Shown one piece after another: positions 55,154 through 64,000 of a stretch of DNA of 64,000 nucleotides (its first letter is position 1; every line of letters begins with the position of its first letter). A model generated the notes under the pieces. It saw only the letters and a program-made list of their open reading frames with translations, ran no database searches and was not told where the DNA came from. Origin of the DNA: Oscillibacter sp. MSJ-31 (GTDB lineage Bacteria > Actinomycetota > Coriobacteriia > Coriobacteriales > Eggerthellaceae); NCBI GenBank assembly GCA_963601095.1, contig CAVCDZ010000132.1, positions 8,547 through 72,546 of the forward strand, read 5' to 3'. A program made the position numbers and the translations under genes.

Positions 55154-56572
55154 ATGAGTTCCACCGAACAACTCAGCCACCAGGAGCTGCAGACGTCGTT
55201 TCACGGCGTCGCCGCGCGCCTGGACAGGCTGCCATCCGGAAAGTTTCAACGCAAAGCGATGTGGCTGATCGGCGGCGTCTGCTTCTGCGACTGCCTCGAC
55301 ATGAACGTCGGCGGCCCGATCATCGCCCAGCTGCTGGCAAGCGGCTGGTCCGATGCCGGCTTAAACGCGCTGTTCATCTCGATCACCGCCTTCGGCTACC
55401 TGTGCGGCGGCCTGATGGCCGGCATGGTGTCCGACTACTTCGGACGCGTCAAGTCGTGCATCGTCAACACCGCGATCTTTTCGGTCGGCTGCCTTCTGGC
55501 CTGCATGTCGCCTGACATGTACTTCCTGATCGTCTGCCGTTTCGTCATGGGTATCGGCCTGGGCGCCGCCTACCCCGCCGGGTACAGCGCCCTGACCGAG
55601 TACACGCCGCCCACCAAGCGCGGGCAGTACCAAGCCTGGGTCGGCCTCATCGCCAACTGCGGCACGCCGTTCGCGTCGTTCGTGTCGCTGGTCTTGCTGC
55701 CGCTGTTCGGTTGGCGCGCGATCTTCGTCTTCTGCGGCTGCGCCGGCATCATCGTGACGATCCTGCTCATCAAGTTCATGGAGGAATCGCCGCGCTGGGC
55801 AGCCATGAAAGGCCGCCACGAGCAGGCAGACGCGCTGGTCACCAAATGGGAGGACGAGGCCCGCAATACCGGGCATGCCGTCGAGGAAGTGCCCGACGAT
55901 CTGATCCGGGCCGAGATGTCGAAGCGCGAGGTGAAGCAGCTGCCCACCAAGGTGCTGTTCACGAACAAACAGCTGCTCAAGCGCCTCGTCGTCGCCTGCG
56001 TGCTGTGCTGGACAAACTTCGTGTGCGTCTACACGATCGTGTCGTGGACGCCGACGATCTTCGTCACCCGCGGATTCGACGTGACGTACTCGGTGGCGAT
56101 GTCAGCCGTTATCAACCTGGGCATCCCCGTTGGCGTGGCGATCATGAGCGCGCTCGTGGACAAGTTCGGCCGCAAGCCCCAGCTCATCGTCATGCTGCCG
56201 CTGTCCGGCATCTGCGGATTCGCCTGGTCGTTCATCCCCGCTGACCAGACCATCCTGATCATGGCCGTCGGCTTCATCATGGCCGCGATGGTGTACTACT
56301 GGTCGCTGATCGTGAGTTCGGTGTACCTGTCCGAGCCCTTCCCCGTCGAGGTGAAGGTGCGCGGCGCCGGCATCGCGAACGCCTTCGGCCGCATCGGCGC
56401 GATCCTCAACCCGATGTGGGTCACGTTCTTCCTCGGGACGGATTTGGGTGCGATCGGCATCTTCGGCGTCTCGTTCGGCACCGCCGTCATCGCCGCGATC
56501 TTCGTCGCCGCCTGGGGCGTGGAGACCAAGGGTCGCACGCTTGAGGAGATCAGCGACGGAGTGTTCGAATAG
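55154..56572 (+). CDS. MFS transporter (sugar-porter / metabolite:H+ symporter-like)
   Basis: ORF trimmed to ATG 55154 behind GAAAGGAGAGG. 12 helices, with the sugar-transporter-type motif GRVKS after TM2 and a large central loop. Confidence 0.85.
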   Translation: MSSTEQLSHQELQTSFHGVAARLDRLPSGKFQRKAMWLIGGVCFCDCLDMNVGGPIIAQLLASGWSDAGLNALFISITAFGYLCGGLMAGMVSDYFGRVKSCIVNTAIFSVGCLLACMSPDMYFLIVCRFVMGIGLGAAYPAGYSALTEYTPPTKRGQYQAWVGLIANCGTPFASFVSLVLLPLFGWRAIFVFCGCAGIIVTILLIKFMEESPRWAAMKGRHEQADALVTKWEDEARNTGHAVEEVPDDLIRAEMSKREVKQLPTKVLFTNKQLLKRLVVACVLCWTNFVCVYTIVSWTPTIFVTRGFDVTYSVAMSAVINLGIPVGVAIMSALVDKFGRKPQLIVMLPLSGICGFAWSFIPADQTILIMAVGFIMAAMVYYWSLIVSSVYLSEPFPVEVKVRGAGIANAFGRIGAILNPMWVTFFLGTDLGAIGIFGVSFGTAVIAAIFVAAWGVETKGRTLEEISDGVFE

Positions 56573-56680
56573 CGAGCAACCGGGGCATGGGCGCACCTCT
56601 GCGCAAAGTCGTCCACACATAAAAGGGGCGCTGGCACGATGCCGGCGCCCCTTCCTGTATGCAACGCAACCCTTAGCGCT

Positions 56681-57976
56681 TCACGACAGCCGCGGTCCAT
56701 AACTCGGCTCGAACACCGAAGCGGGAACCTCGGCGCCGTCGTACTGCTTCACCGCACCCGCTGCGATCAAACGCTCGATCTCCTCATCGCTGTAACCGTA
56801 GATGCCCAAAACCCGTTTCGTGTCGTAGCCGATAGGACGCGACCGGCGCAGCACGGGATCGCCCACGCTCTTCAAGCGCACGGGCGAGGTGGTAACCACG
56901 TACTCGCTGGCAGGGCCATACCCCTGGCCCTCGTAGTGCACATGCCTGAGCTGATCGTTGGCATACGCTTCCTCGTCGGCCAGCACGTCTTTGATCGACT
57001 GGATCTTTTCGAACGGGATATCGCGCGCCCGGAATCGCCGCTCCAATTCCGCGAAGTCGAGCTTCTTACAGGCTTGGTGGATCTGCGCCACCACCTCGGT
57101 GTTTTTGCCGTTGGCAGCCAGAGCCTCAAGCGTGTTGTAGTTCGGATCCTCAGCGTAGCGCGGATCAATGTCCAGCGCCTCGAACACCAGACCACAGTAC
57201 TTGTTGTAGTTGCCGAAGCACATCAAGAACCACACGCCGTCGGCGGATAGATACGAGTTGTTGGTGGGGCATTTTGCGTCCATGCGGTCCTTAGGATAGT
57301 CGCACCCCTGCTGCTGGGCGATGATGGCCGAGCTCATGCCCCAGGTGCCCACGTGATAGAGGCTCGCCGTTGCCTTGTCGCCCACGCCCGTCTTCAGCGC
57401 GGCGCTGTAGGCCACCATGATCCCCGAGAGCAGCGCGAGCGACGTGTTCCAGTCGCCGAACGCGATCGGGGGATTACCCGGCTCAAAATGCTCGTTGGCC
57501 TGGGGGATCGAATTGGCGAATCCCGAACGCGCGCCGTAGGACGTCGCGTCGAACCCCTTCGCGTCCCTCATAGGGCCGTGCTCGCCGTATCCGCGGCTCT
57601 GCCCCCACACCAGGCGGGGAAACTTCTCGTGAAGCGTCTCGTAATCGAGCCCAAGGCGCGCAAGGGCGCCGTCGCGCAGCGAGGTCACGAAGATGTCCGC
57701 CTCCTCGAGCAGGCGCATCATAACCGCATAGCCGTCATCGGTCTTGAGATCGATGGCAACCCAATCCTTGTTGAAAGACCCGTGGTCGAATGCCACATCG
57801 TCGAACTCGGTCTTGAAGCGCATGCCCCACGCAAGGCCCTGAGTGCGCTGCTCGTCTCCGGAAAAGGGCTCCACCTTGATCACCGAAGCGCCCAGCTCGC
57901 CCATGATGCGCGTGCAAGCTGGAGCGATGCCGTATTGGGTCAAGTCAACGACCTTGACCCCTTCCATTCCGCTCAT
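56681..57976 (-). CDS. family III (CaiB/BaiF-type) CoA-transferase
   Basis: ORF trimmed to ATG 57976 (MSGMEGVKVVDLTQYGIAPACTRIMGELGASVIKVEP). This is the typical family III N-terminal fold signature. Confidence 0.9.
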   Translation of the reverse strand: MSGMEGVKVVDLTQYGIAPACTRIMGELGASVIKVEPFSGDEQRTQGLAWGMRFKTEFDDVAFDHGSFNKDWVAIDLKTDDGYAVMMRLLEEADIFVTSLRDGALARLGLDYETLHEKFPRLVWGQSRGYGEHGPMRDAKGFDATSYGARSGFANSIPQANEHFEPGNPPIAFGDWNTSLALLSGIMVAYSAALKTGVGDKATASLYHVGTWGMSSAIIAQQQGCDYPKDRMDAKCPTNNSYLSADGVWFLMCFGNYNKYCGLVFEALDIDPRYAEDPNYNTLEALAANGKNTEVVAQIHQACKKLDFAELERRFRARDIPFEKIQSIKDVLADEEAYANDQLRHVHYEGQGYGPASEYVVTTSPVRLKSVGDPVLRRSRPIGYDTKRVLGIYGYSDEEIERLIAAGAVKQYDGAEVPASVFEPSYGPRLS

Positions 57977-58171
57977 CGTCATCCTTTCGCGACACAATCC
58001 CCATCGAAGACCGCTCAAACGCGGAAGGCTTCTGTCGCGATACGTTTAGATTACGCCGAACGTGCGTCCCTCCTCCCCTCAAATGCTTTTGGTCTATTGA
58101 AGATTTCGCGGCGCTATTGCCCGGAAGCCCCACGCGTCGTCCGCCTAAGCGCACGGATTTGAGTCGCCAGC

Positions 58172-58648
58172 TCAGACTTGAGAGCATGCCTGCAAGCGCC
58201 GCCCACAGTACAATTTATCGACATGCCTCACGACCACCTCGCCCCTCTGGTTGCGCGTCGTGACGTCGAACTGCAAGACGCCGAATTCGTCGTTTTTCAC
58301 CTGCTTGCCCGTCAGGCAAAACTCGCTTTGGATGACGTCGCCCGGAAACACTTTCACCCCGTAGCGCACCTCGTCGTAGCCATAGTGGAAAGTCGCAACG
58401 CCATCAGGACTCACGCTTTGCGCGAAAAACCCGTCCACGACGTTGAGCACCAGCGAATAGGGAACCGTGATAGCACCCAACTCATCGATCTTTTCGCAGT
58501 ACACCGGATCAGAATGGATGCGAGCACATAAATTCGTGCAGGCAGAGAAGAGGCGCATGTCCGCCGTTTCCAATCTTCGGGATCGGGATACGACGGTATC
58601 GCCGATAGCAAAATCCTCAAAATACCTGGTCAATCCCATGGCAATCAC
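58172..58648 (-). CDS. MaoC-like single hot-dog protein (subunit 2 of a probable pair)
   Basis: 158 aa with the hot-dog pattern (..RIHSDPVYCE.. ..VRYGVKVFPGDVI..). The start is GTG 58648 (overlapping the upstream stop as GTGA) or ATG 58639. Confidence 0.8.
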   Translation of the reverse strand: MIAMGLTRYFEDFAIGDTVVSRSRRLETADMRLFSACTNLCARIHSDPVYCEKIDELGAITVPYSLVLNVVDGFFAQSVSPDGVATFHYGYDEVRYGVKVFPGDVIQSEFCLTGKQVKNDEFGVLQFDVTTRNQRGEVVVRHVDKLYCGRRLQACSQV

Positions 58649-59106
58649 CGTCCTTCCTTCTCAACCAAAAAGCTCTGGCGCGCAAACGTCACGGGAACCG
58701 CCGCCTGATTGCGCACGGTGATGTCCGACGTTACGCGTCCATAGCGCTCGCCCGCTTCCTCCAGGTCGACGATCGCGACCTCGGCCTTCACGATGTCGTC
58801 GAGGTAGATCGGCTTGAGAAACCGGATCTTGTCATACCCATCGGGAATCAACACGACCTCGCCGCCCGGGCAGACCCAGTCGTAGAGGCATGCATCGATG
58901 TAGCCCAAGACCACCGACCCCTGTACGATCGGCCGGCCCACGTCAGGCCGAGTCGCGCAGTAGTCCGGATCCAGGTGGAGCGGATGGCTTCCTCCGATCA
59001 CGCCAACTGACAACCGCGTGTCGGCCTCGGTCATCTGTCGCCCACCGCACGTGATCACCTCACCCTGCTCGAACCATTCGAAGTACTTGTGGTACTGGTC
59101 TCTCAT
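58645..59106 (-). CDS. MaoC-like single hot-dog protein (subunit 1 of a probable pair)
   Basis: 153 aa (MTEADTRLSVGVIGGSHPLHLDPDYCA...IRFLKPIYLDDIV). Confidence 0.8.
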   Translation of the reverse strand: MRDQYHKYFEWFEQGEVITCGGRQMTEADTRLSVGVIGGSHPLHLDPDYCATRPDVGRPIVQGSVVLGYIDACLYDWVCPGGEVVLIPDGYDKIRFLKPIYLDDIVKAEVAIVDLEEAGERYGRVTSDITVRNQAAVPVTFARQSFLVEKEGR

Positions 59107-59267
59107 GGCCGCCTCCTTTCCTCGCGGTGCTTCGCGCCGATTGTTTCACGGAAGCGAGACGACCCGCAAAGCCTCGGCTGCACCTCGCCGCTTGCGGTTA
59201 ATCGCAGATAAGGGTAACTTTTTATGGTTGGAGCGAAGGGGATCGCACGGGAGGGAGGGTGCGGGCC

Positions 59268-60200
59268 ATGAACGTCCAGTACCTGCAGTATTTCGTTGAG
59301 CTGGCAAAAACGGGGTCGTACACCGCTGCGGCCAAGGCCCTCTACGTCACGCAACCGTCTCTCACCTACGGCATCAAGTCCCTCGAGCAAGAAACCGGCT
59401 GCAATCTGGTCGAGCCGTCGAAACGCGGCATCGCCCTCACCGAATTCGGGAAGTCGTACCTCGCCTATGCGCAATCGGCCATCACGGCGCTCGACAAGGG
59501 TCAAGAGACGATCGACGCGCTCAAGCACGAGATGTCGCACATCAACATCGCCGCCACCGGCCCGATGAGCGTCACCCACGTCCCCGAGCTCATCAGCCGC
59601 TTCGCCAAATCCGAGCAGGGACGCGCCATCGATTTCAATCTGCAGTTCACTACGGCCTCGCAGGGCAACGCGATGGTGGCCGATGGCCGTGTTGACGTGG
59701 GGTTCTCCGGCAAAGAAAGCGTCACGCGCTACCGAGGGCTGCGCTATTACCCACTCGCCTACGATCGGTTGCACATCGTCGTTCCCGCGAATCACGTGCT
59801 GGCGCTTCGCAAGACCGTCGGGCTTGCCGACTTGCTCTCATACCCCTACATCGGATGGAGCGAGGAAACCGGGCTGCACGACATCCTCGTCGAGGCCTTT
59901 GAGAGAGAATGCGGCGAGCAGCCCAAGCCCAAGATCAAAGCAGGTGACAGCTTCCAGGTCGCCGGCCTTGTGGCCGCCGGGTTCGGCGTGGCCGTTTGCC
60001 CTGAGACGCCCTATATGAGCTATCTCAACGTGAAGAAGATCGACCCCAATGGTGAGAAGTGGACGCGCCCCTTTGGCCTGATCTACCGCAAGGAATCGCG
60101 TCAGATGCCAGCCGTCAGGGACTTCATCTCATTCGTCGAGCACCACATCGATCAGCCCACCTTCGTCTACGCCCACCCACGCTGGACGGTGGCAGGCTAG
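59268..60200 (+). CDS. LysR-family transcriptional regulator
   Basis: ATG 59268, 9 nt after GGGAGGGAGG. HTH region (MNVQYLQYFVELAKTGSYTAAAKALYVTQPSLTYGIKSLEQETGCNLV). It diverges from the hot-dog/CoA-transferase operon. Confidence 0.9.
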   Translation: MNVQYLQYFVELAKTGSYTAAAKALYVTQPSLTYGIKSLEQETGCNLVEPSKRGIALTEFGKSYLAYAQSAITALDKGQETIDALKHEMSHINIAATGPMSVTHVPELISRFAKSEQGRAIDFNLQFTTASQGNAMVADGRVDVGFSGKESVTRYRGLRYYPLAYDRLHIVVPANHVLALRKTVGLADLLSYPYIGWSEETGLHDILVEAFERECGEQPKPKIKAGDSFQVAGLVAAGFGVAVCPETPYMSYLNVKKIDPNGEKWTRPFGLIYRKESRQMPAVRDFISFVEHHIDQPTFVYAHPRWTVAG

Positions 60201-60505
60201 CTTCTCGCACCGGTCCCGCGACGCATCGCGCCACAAGCACCTCCCCGCCCCTGGCGCGGCTCGACCGCCCCAACCTGACGGGGCTAGATGTCTGCGGCTT
60301 ACATCACTCAAAACCGTCCTCCCTTCAAAAAAATGTCTATAGAAACTGAAGCTCTCATGGTCAGCGCTCGCGGCATCCGCTCACGTGCCCGCTAGAATTC
60401 CTGGTATCGAAGACCGACAAACGCATACGCGAAGGCATCACCGACCTAGGCATGATCCCCCTCTGTTGATTGGCTTGCACAAGCCTCATGTTGAAAGGAA
60501 CGATC

Positions 60506-61861
60506 ATGACACGCACTCAGATCGACCGGTCAGGCGGCGCGCTTCAAACGCAGCGGCTTACCTATAAGCACATCCTGACGTTCATAACCTGCGCCCTGGC
60601 CATCACCGGACCCGCGGCGATCACCTACAGCTGCGCGGGAATGAACTACCAGGGCGTAGCGAACTATCTGGAAGTCCCGGTTTCGAGCGTGGCGTTCTAC
60701 ATGACCCTGGTCTACCTCAGCATCGCCATCTTCGCCGCGCCCCTCGGCAACATCATGGAGAAATACAACCAGCGCATCGTGGTCACGATCTGCGCCTTCA
60801 TGGTCGGCGGCGCCGAGCTGGCGATGTCGCAATTCACCGCGCTGTGGATGTGGTATGTCGCAGGTGTGGTCCAAGGCATCGGCATCACCTGCGTCCAGTG
60901 GCTCTTGGTGACCGGCTGCATCAACAAGTGGTTCAAGAAAGGCGCAGGGCTCTTCCTCGGGCTCTGCATGGCAGGAACTGGGCTCGGCGGCGTGATCTTC
61001 AACCTGGTAGGTCAGGAAATCCTCGCCGGCGACGTGAGCAACTTCCGCGAGTGCTACCTCGTGTACGGCACCTGCATCCTCGCGCTTTCGGTGCCCTTCA
61101 CCGCGTTTTGCTTCCGTCGCTCCCCTCAGGATTGGGGTGTGCTCCCCTATGGTGAGGCGATCGATGAGAACGAGCGGAACCACGAATATGTCAACACCAA
61201 GCTGCCTGGCATGAACTACAAGGCCGCGATTCGCAAGCCCTACTTCTGGATGCTTATGGTGGCAGGCGGCCTCATGAACTGCATGGGCATCATGCCGCAG
61301 CTGTTCACCACCTACACCCAATGGCTCGCCTACGTCGGCTTCGCCGGTCCCGTCGTGGCGCTGCTGGCGCTGTTCGGCACTCTCGAAGCGTTCACCCAGG
61401 GAGGACAAGCAGCCGGCAAGGTCATCATCGGTGCTGTCGAATCGCGCAGCATCAAGGCAGCGATCTTCTTGGCGGGCGCCGGCGGCATAGGCGGCCTGTG
61501 CCTGATCTGGTTTGGCGGCATGTCGGGAACCTTGAACTGCATGTGGGCAGGCGGCATCGTGTACGGCTTGGTCTACGGCCTGGTACCCACCATGCATCCC
61601 TATCTTGTACGCGTGTTGTTCGGGCAAAAGGACTACGAGAAGATCTTCTCGCGCCAGCTGATCGTCACGCAGCTCATCGGTGCTTTCGCCGCTTCGGGAT
61701 GGGCGCTCGTCTACGAGACTTTCACGTGGAACGGCTACTTCATCCTCGGCATCGTCATCATCATCGTTGAGCTGGCGATCGCCTACATGGCAGCGAAGAT
61801 CGGCTTCAAGGATACCAACCACGAATACGATCCCCGTCGACAGGTTGGAACCGCGGAATAA
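60506..61861 (+). CDS. MFS transporter (OFA/MCT-like)
   Basis: ORF trimmed to ATG 60506 behind GAAAGGAA. 12 helices. Same subfamily pattern as 47251..48525. Confidence 0.85.
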   Translation: MTRTQIDRSGGALQTQRLTYKHILTFITCALAITGPAAITYSCAGMNYQGVANYLEVPVSSVAFYMTLVYLSIAIFAAPLGNIMEKYNQRIVVTICAFMVGGAELAMSQFTALWMWYVAGVVQGIGITCVQWLLVTGCINKWFKKGAGLFLGLCMAGTGLGGVIFNLVGQEILAGDVSNFRECYLVYGTCILALSVPFTAFCFRRSPQDWGVLPYGEAIDENERNHEYVNTKLPGMNYKAAIRKPYFWMLMVAGGLMNCMGIMPQLFTTYTQWLAYVGFAGPVVALLALFGTLEAFTQGGQAAGKVIIGAVESRSIKAAIFLAGAGGIGGLCLIWFGGMSGTLNCMWAGGIVYGLVYGLVPTMHPYLVRVLFGQKDYEKIFSRQLIVTQLIGAFAASGWALVYETFTWNGYFILGIVIIIVELAIAYMAAKIGFKDTNHEYDPRRQVGTAE

Positions 61862-61897
61862 GCGACACTCACTTTCACCCCAAGCAGAGCACGCCCG

Positions 61898-61933
61898 CGC
61901 CTCCCGCCCCCGAGCACTCGAGGGCGGGAGGCG
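61898..61933. terminator. GC-rich hairpin between convergent MFS and HipA-like genes (possible terminator, no clear U-tract)
   Basis: 12-bp stem CGCCTCCCGCCC (61898-61909) / GGGCGGGAGGCG (61922-61933). Confidence 0.4.
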
Positions 61934-61960
61934 ATCCGCATGGACGAGGCTCGCGCCCCG

Positions 61961-63337
61961 CTACCGACATTCTTCAGCAAAGCGTCTGACGGTTTCTATC
62001 GATCGCGCAACCTGTGCTGCAGCAAGTTCAACGAACTCGTCGGTCACGTCGTCGTTTTCGGACAGCGTCCCTGTCACCTCGTCGATGAAACCGACAAGCC
62101 GGTCAGGATCAAACCACGTGTAATCGCTCGCCAGGGCCAACTGCCGAAGCGGCATTTCAGAAAAGGGATGGGCCGTGTAGTGATAGCGACTCGCCCGCAG
62201 CTGCGCGACGCCCGCGCGCGCAAAGAACGCGCAGCCGTTGTCGTAGAGCGGTGCCGCGCCGATGACCTGCCGCGATTCAACGTCCCTGAGAACGCCGAAG
62301 TTGAAGAGGTGGCGGTCGTCGTTGCTCATCAGGTAATCGCACACAATCATCTTGTCGAGGCTTTGGCGCACGTCCCTGCCCGCAAGGCGCGAGACCACTT
62401 CGACATAGGCATCGTACAAGCCCGCGCCCTCGCGCAGGTTGTAGCACGACACGATATCAGCAGCGGGTATCAGCTCCGTTGCCCCGTCGACCATATCGGG
62501 GCAGATCGAATAGGGGCGCCCCTCCTCGTAAATCAGGTCATAGGGCACGAAATCTTTAGGATCGAGCAGCCGTCGCAAAAGCTTGGTTGCCAGAAGCTCG
62601 CTGTAGGGCTCGCGGCCTTGGCCTGGCGTCGCCCCCTTCACCAAAGCAGGCTTCCCCTCGCGCATCACCCAACGCTTCTCAAGCATGCCGTTCGTAGTAT
62701 TCGAGGGAGAGCGATCGCTCCCGCCACGCGATGCGGAAACCCCCATCAACCGCTTCCCCGTCACATCGTCGAAGCCGTTGTCAAAATAGTTGAGGTCCCT
62801 CCACATAAGCCCGATCGGCTGCTTCGCCTCGGCATCGACCGGCTGAAACCAATACTGATCAGACAGGCTCAACCCTAAAGACGAAAATGCCAGGTCAGCC
62901 GCGTTGGCATACCCCTCTTCGCCCAGCAATGCCTCGAAATGCGGCCTTGAATCGGGGATCGAGCGCGCAGCGATCCATTCGCTCAGGTAATCGGGATGGA
63001 TCTTCTCCGGACGACCGCACGCGCCAGACGGCGCCCATGCCTCGCCTTCGAGAGGATCAAGGGAAGTCACGCGTGCCTGCTTCTTGCTGAACTCGAACCG
63101 TGCCACCGCATGATCGCGATTCATGAGAAGGAATGATCCCAGGTCGAGCGGGCTCTTCTCGCCCTTGCGGGGACGGCCGCGCCATACAGGGTTGTCGGCC
63201 CGCGCACGCACTGAGGCCTCATCGATGGCCCACGTGCGTCCGAGACGCTGCGCCTCGAGTACGCCCGATTCCACCAATGCCCAAATGCGACGAGGCGAAA
63301 CGCCCAAGATGTGAGCGGCTTCTTTCGTGGTCAGCAT
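61961..63337 (-). CDS. single-chain HTH-HipA-like Ser/Thr kinase (excisionase/MerR-type HTH fused to HipA N/C domains)
   Basis: ORF trimmed to ATG 63337 behind AGGGGAG. N-terminal HTH (LTTKEAAHILGVSPRRIWALVESGVLEAQRLGRTWAIDEASV). P-loop-like NGMLEKR, catalytic D-R-H-L-F-N (D-x-H-x-x-N) and APLYDNG as in HipA. Confidence 0.8.
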   Translation of the reverse strand: MLTTKEAAHILGVSPRRIWALVESGVLEAQRLGRTWAIDEASVRARADNPVWRGRPRKGEKSPLDLGSFLLMNRDHAVARFEFSKKQARVTSLDPLEGEAWAPSGACGRPEKIHPDYLSEWIAARSIPDSRPHFEALLGEEGYANAADLAFSSLGLSLSDQYWFQPVDAEAKQPIGLMWRDLNYFDNGFDDVTGKRLMGVSASRGGSDRSPSNTTNGMLEKRWVMREGKPALVKGATPGQGREPYSELLATKLLRRLLDPKDFVPYDLIYEEGRPYSICPDMVDGATELIPAADIVSCYNLREGAGLYDAYVEVVSRLAGRDVRQSLDKMIVCDYLMSNDDRHLFNFGVLRDVESRQVIGAAPLYDNGCAFFARAGVAQLRASRYHYTAHPFSEMPLRQLALASDYTWFDPDRLVGFIDEVTGTLSENDDVTDEFVELAAAQVARSIETVRRFAEECR

Positions 63338-63544
63338 TACAGCTCCCCTGCTACGGCACCTATCCTGTAAAAATATACCGTAAACGGAATACTTTTTGCT
63401 GTCGGGGTCAAGAAAAGTATTCCGCAAGGAATCACGTCATCGCGTGGCCTGCAGCGGCGCATCCGTCGCGCCACCGTCCGCCCCTCTCGTCTCGCCGCCC
63501 CGCTGCTCCCGTATACTATGACCTGAGCACAAGGAGGAATCGCC

Positions 63545-64000
63545 ATGGAGCGCTGGCCCAACTATCGCGTGATGCCCGCCAACGGAGATGGCGTGGGCTT
63601 TGAGCGCTATGTCGGCACGCTGTTCATGGATGGCGACTACCACGTCCAACCGACGCCCCAGACCAACGACTACGGCGCCGATCTCATCCTCACCGCGCCC
63701 GACGGGATGCGCATCGCAGTGCAGTGCAAGTACTACGCCTCGCCCATCAACAATTCCGCGGTCCAGGAAGTCATCGGCTCGCTCAACCTCTATCAAGCCA
63801 CCACGGGGTGGGTCGTCACGAACTCGACGTTCACCAGCAACGCCATCGCGCTTGCCCAAGCCAATGGCATTCGCTTGATCGACGGCGAAGGGCTGGTCAA
63901 AACCGTGAAGGTCATCGACCCTGGCTTTCCCTTCGACCACATCGGCAATGGCCCCGACTTCAGTGGGCTCGACGTCATGGCAACGCCCCTACCGCCGTAC
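63545..64000 (+). CDS. Mrr-cat (restriction endonuclease-like) domain protein, 3' end beyond window
   Basis: Not in the ORF track because no stop is reached. ATG 63545 behind AAGGAGG. Reads FERYVGTLF..GY.V..T....DYGADLIL......IAVQCKYY..PINNSAVQEVIGSLNLYQATTGWVVTNSTFTSNAIALAQANGIRLIDG, which is the D..(D/E)-x-K Mrr-type core. Confidence 0.75.
   Translation, partial: MERWPNYRVMPANGDGVGFERYVGTLFMDGDYHVQPTPQTNDYGADLILTAPDGMRIAVQCKYYASPINNSAVQEVIGSLNLYQATTGWVVTNSTFTSNAIALAQANGIRLIDGEGLVKTVKVIDPGFPFDHIGNGPDFSGLDVMATPLPPY

Noticed and set aside
63337-63561. 74-aa minus ORF upstream of the HipA-like gene as a possible HipB-type antitoxin
   Set aside because: It shows no HTH pattern and has Arg/Gly-rich composition. 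It overlaps the RBS and start of the divergent Mrr-like gene and has no RBS of its own.

Overview
GC-rich (by eye) chromosomal segment. Gene content suggests an anaerobic Actinomycetota/Coriobacteriia-like genome, but that is low-confidence inference. I support about 50 protein-coding genes or gene remnants and one tRNA-Arg(ACG). I found no rRNA, CRISPR array, transposase, integrase or phage genes.

Gene order:
- CxxC protein
- csoR-copA copper operon with a CsoR box in its promoter
- secreted polysaccharide deacetylase
- pyk-rhaB-rhaA-rhaD-rhaM-MFS rhamnose cluster
- tRNA-Arg
- MgtE-sensor-like protein plus NRMT-type NRAMP
- 5-formyl-THF cyclo-ligase
- nhaC
- HdeD-like protein
- htpG behind a CIRCE element
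- proC
- DHA2 MFS fused to a CBS pair
- CNNM/CorC transporter
- a decayed stretch: frameshifted serine hydrolase, DUF1113 membrane protein, 5'-truncated PHP gene
- Fe-S aldo/keto reductase
- pyrE
- citrate synthase
- aroE-like gene
- CoA-transferase with an internal in-frame gap
- orphan TPR/coiled-coil protein
- four LysR-headed accessory modules: TRAP transporter; esterase+MFS; Gfo/Idh/MocA+VOC+second aroE-like gene; family III CoA-transferase + two hot-dog proteins + MFS
- yefM-yoeB with TGTACA operators
- single-chain HTH-HipA-like kinase facing an Mrr-type nuclease gene that is cut by the window end

Non-coding content includes three families of MITE-like inverted-repeat elements, several short tandem repeats (one spans the pyrE stop codon) and two long structured leaders in front of Mg-related transporters.

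The most system-like candidates are the pore-less MgtE sensor + NRMT pair, the CoA-transferase/twin atypical hot-dog module, and the HTH-HipA/Mrr locus.

All calls come from reading translations and sequence by eye. No searches or folding were run. Hairpin and repeat coordinates may be off by a few nt.
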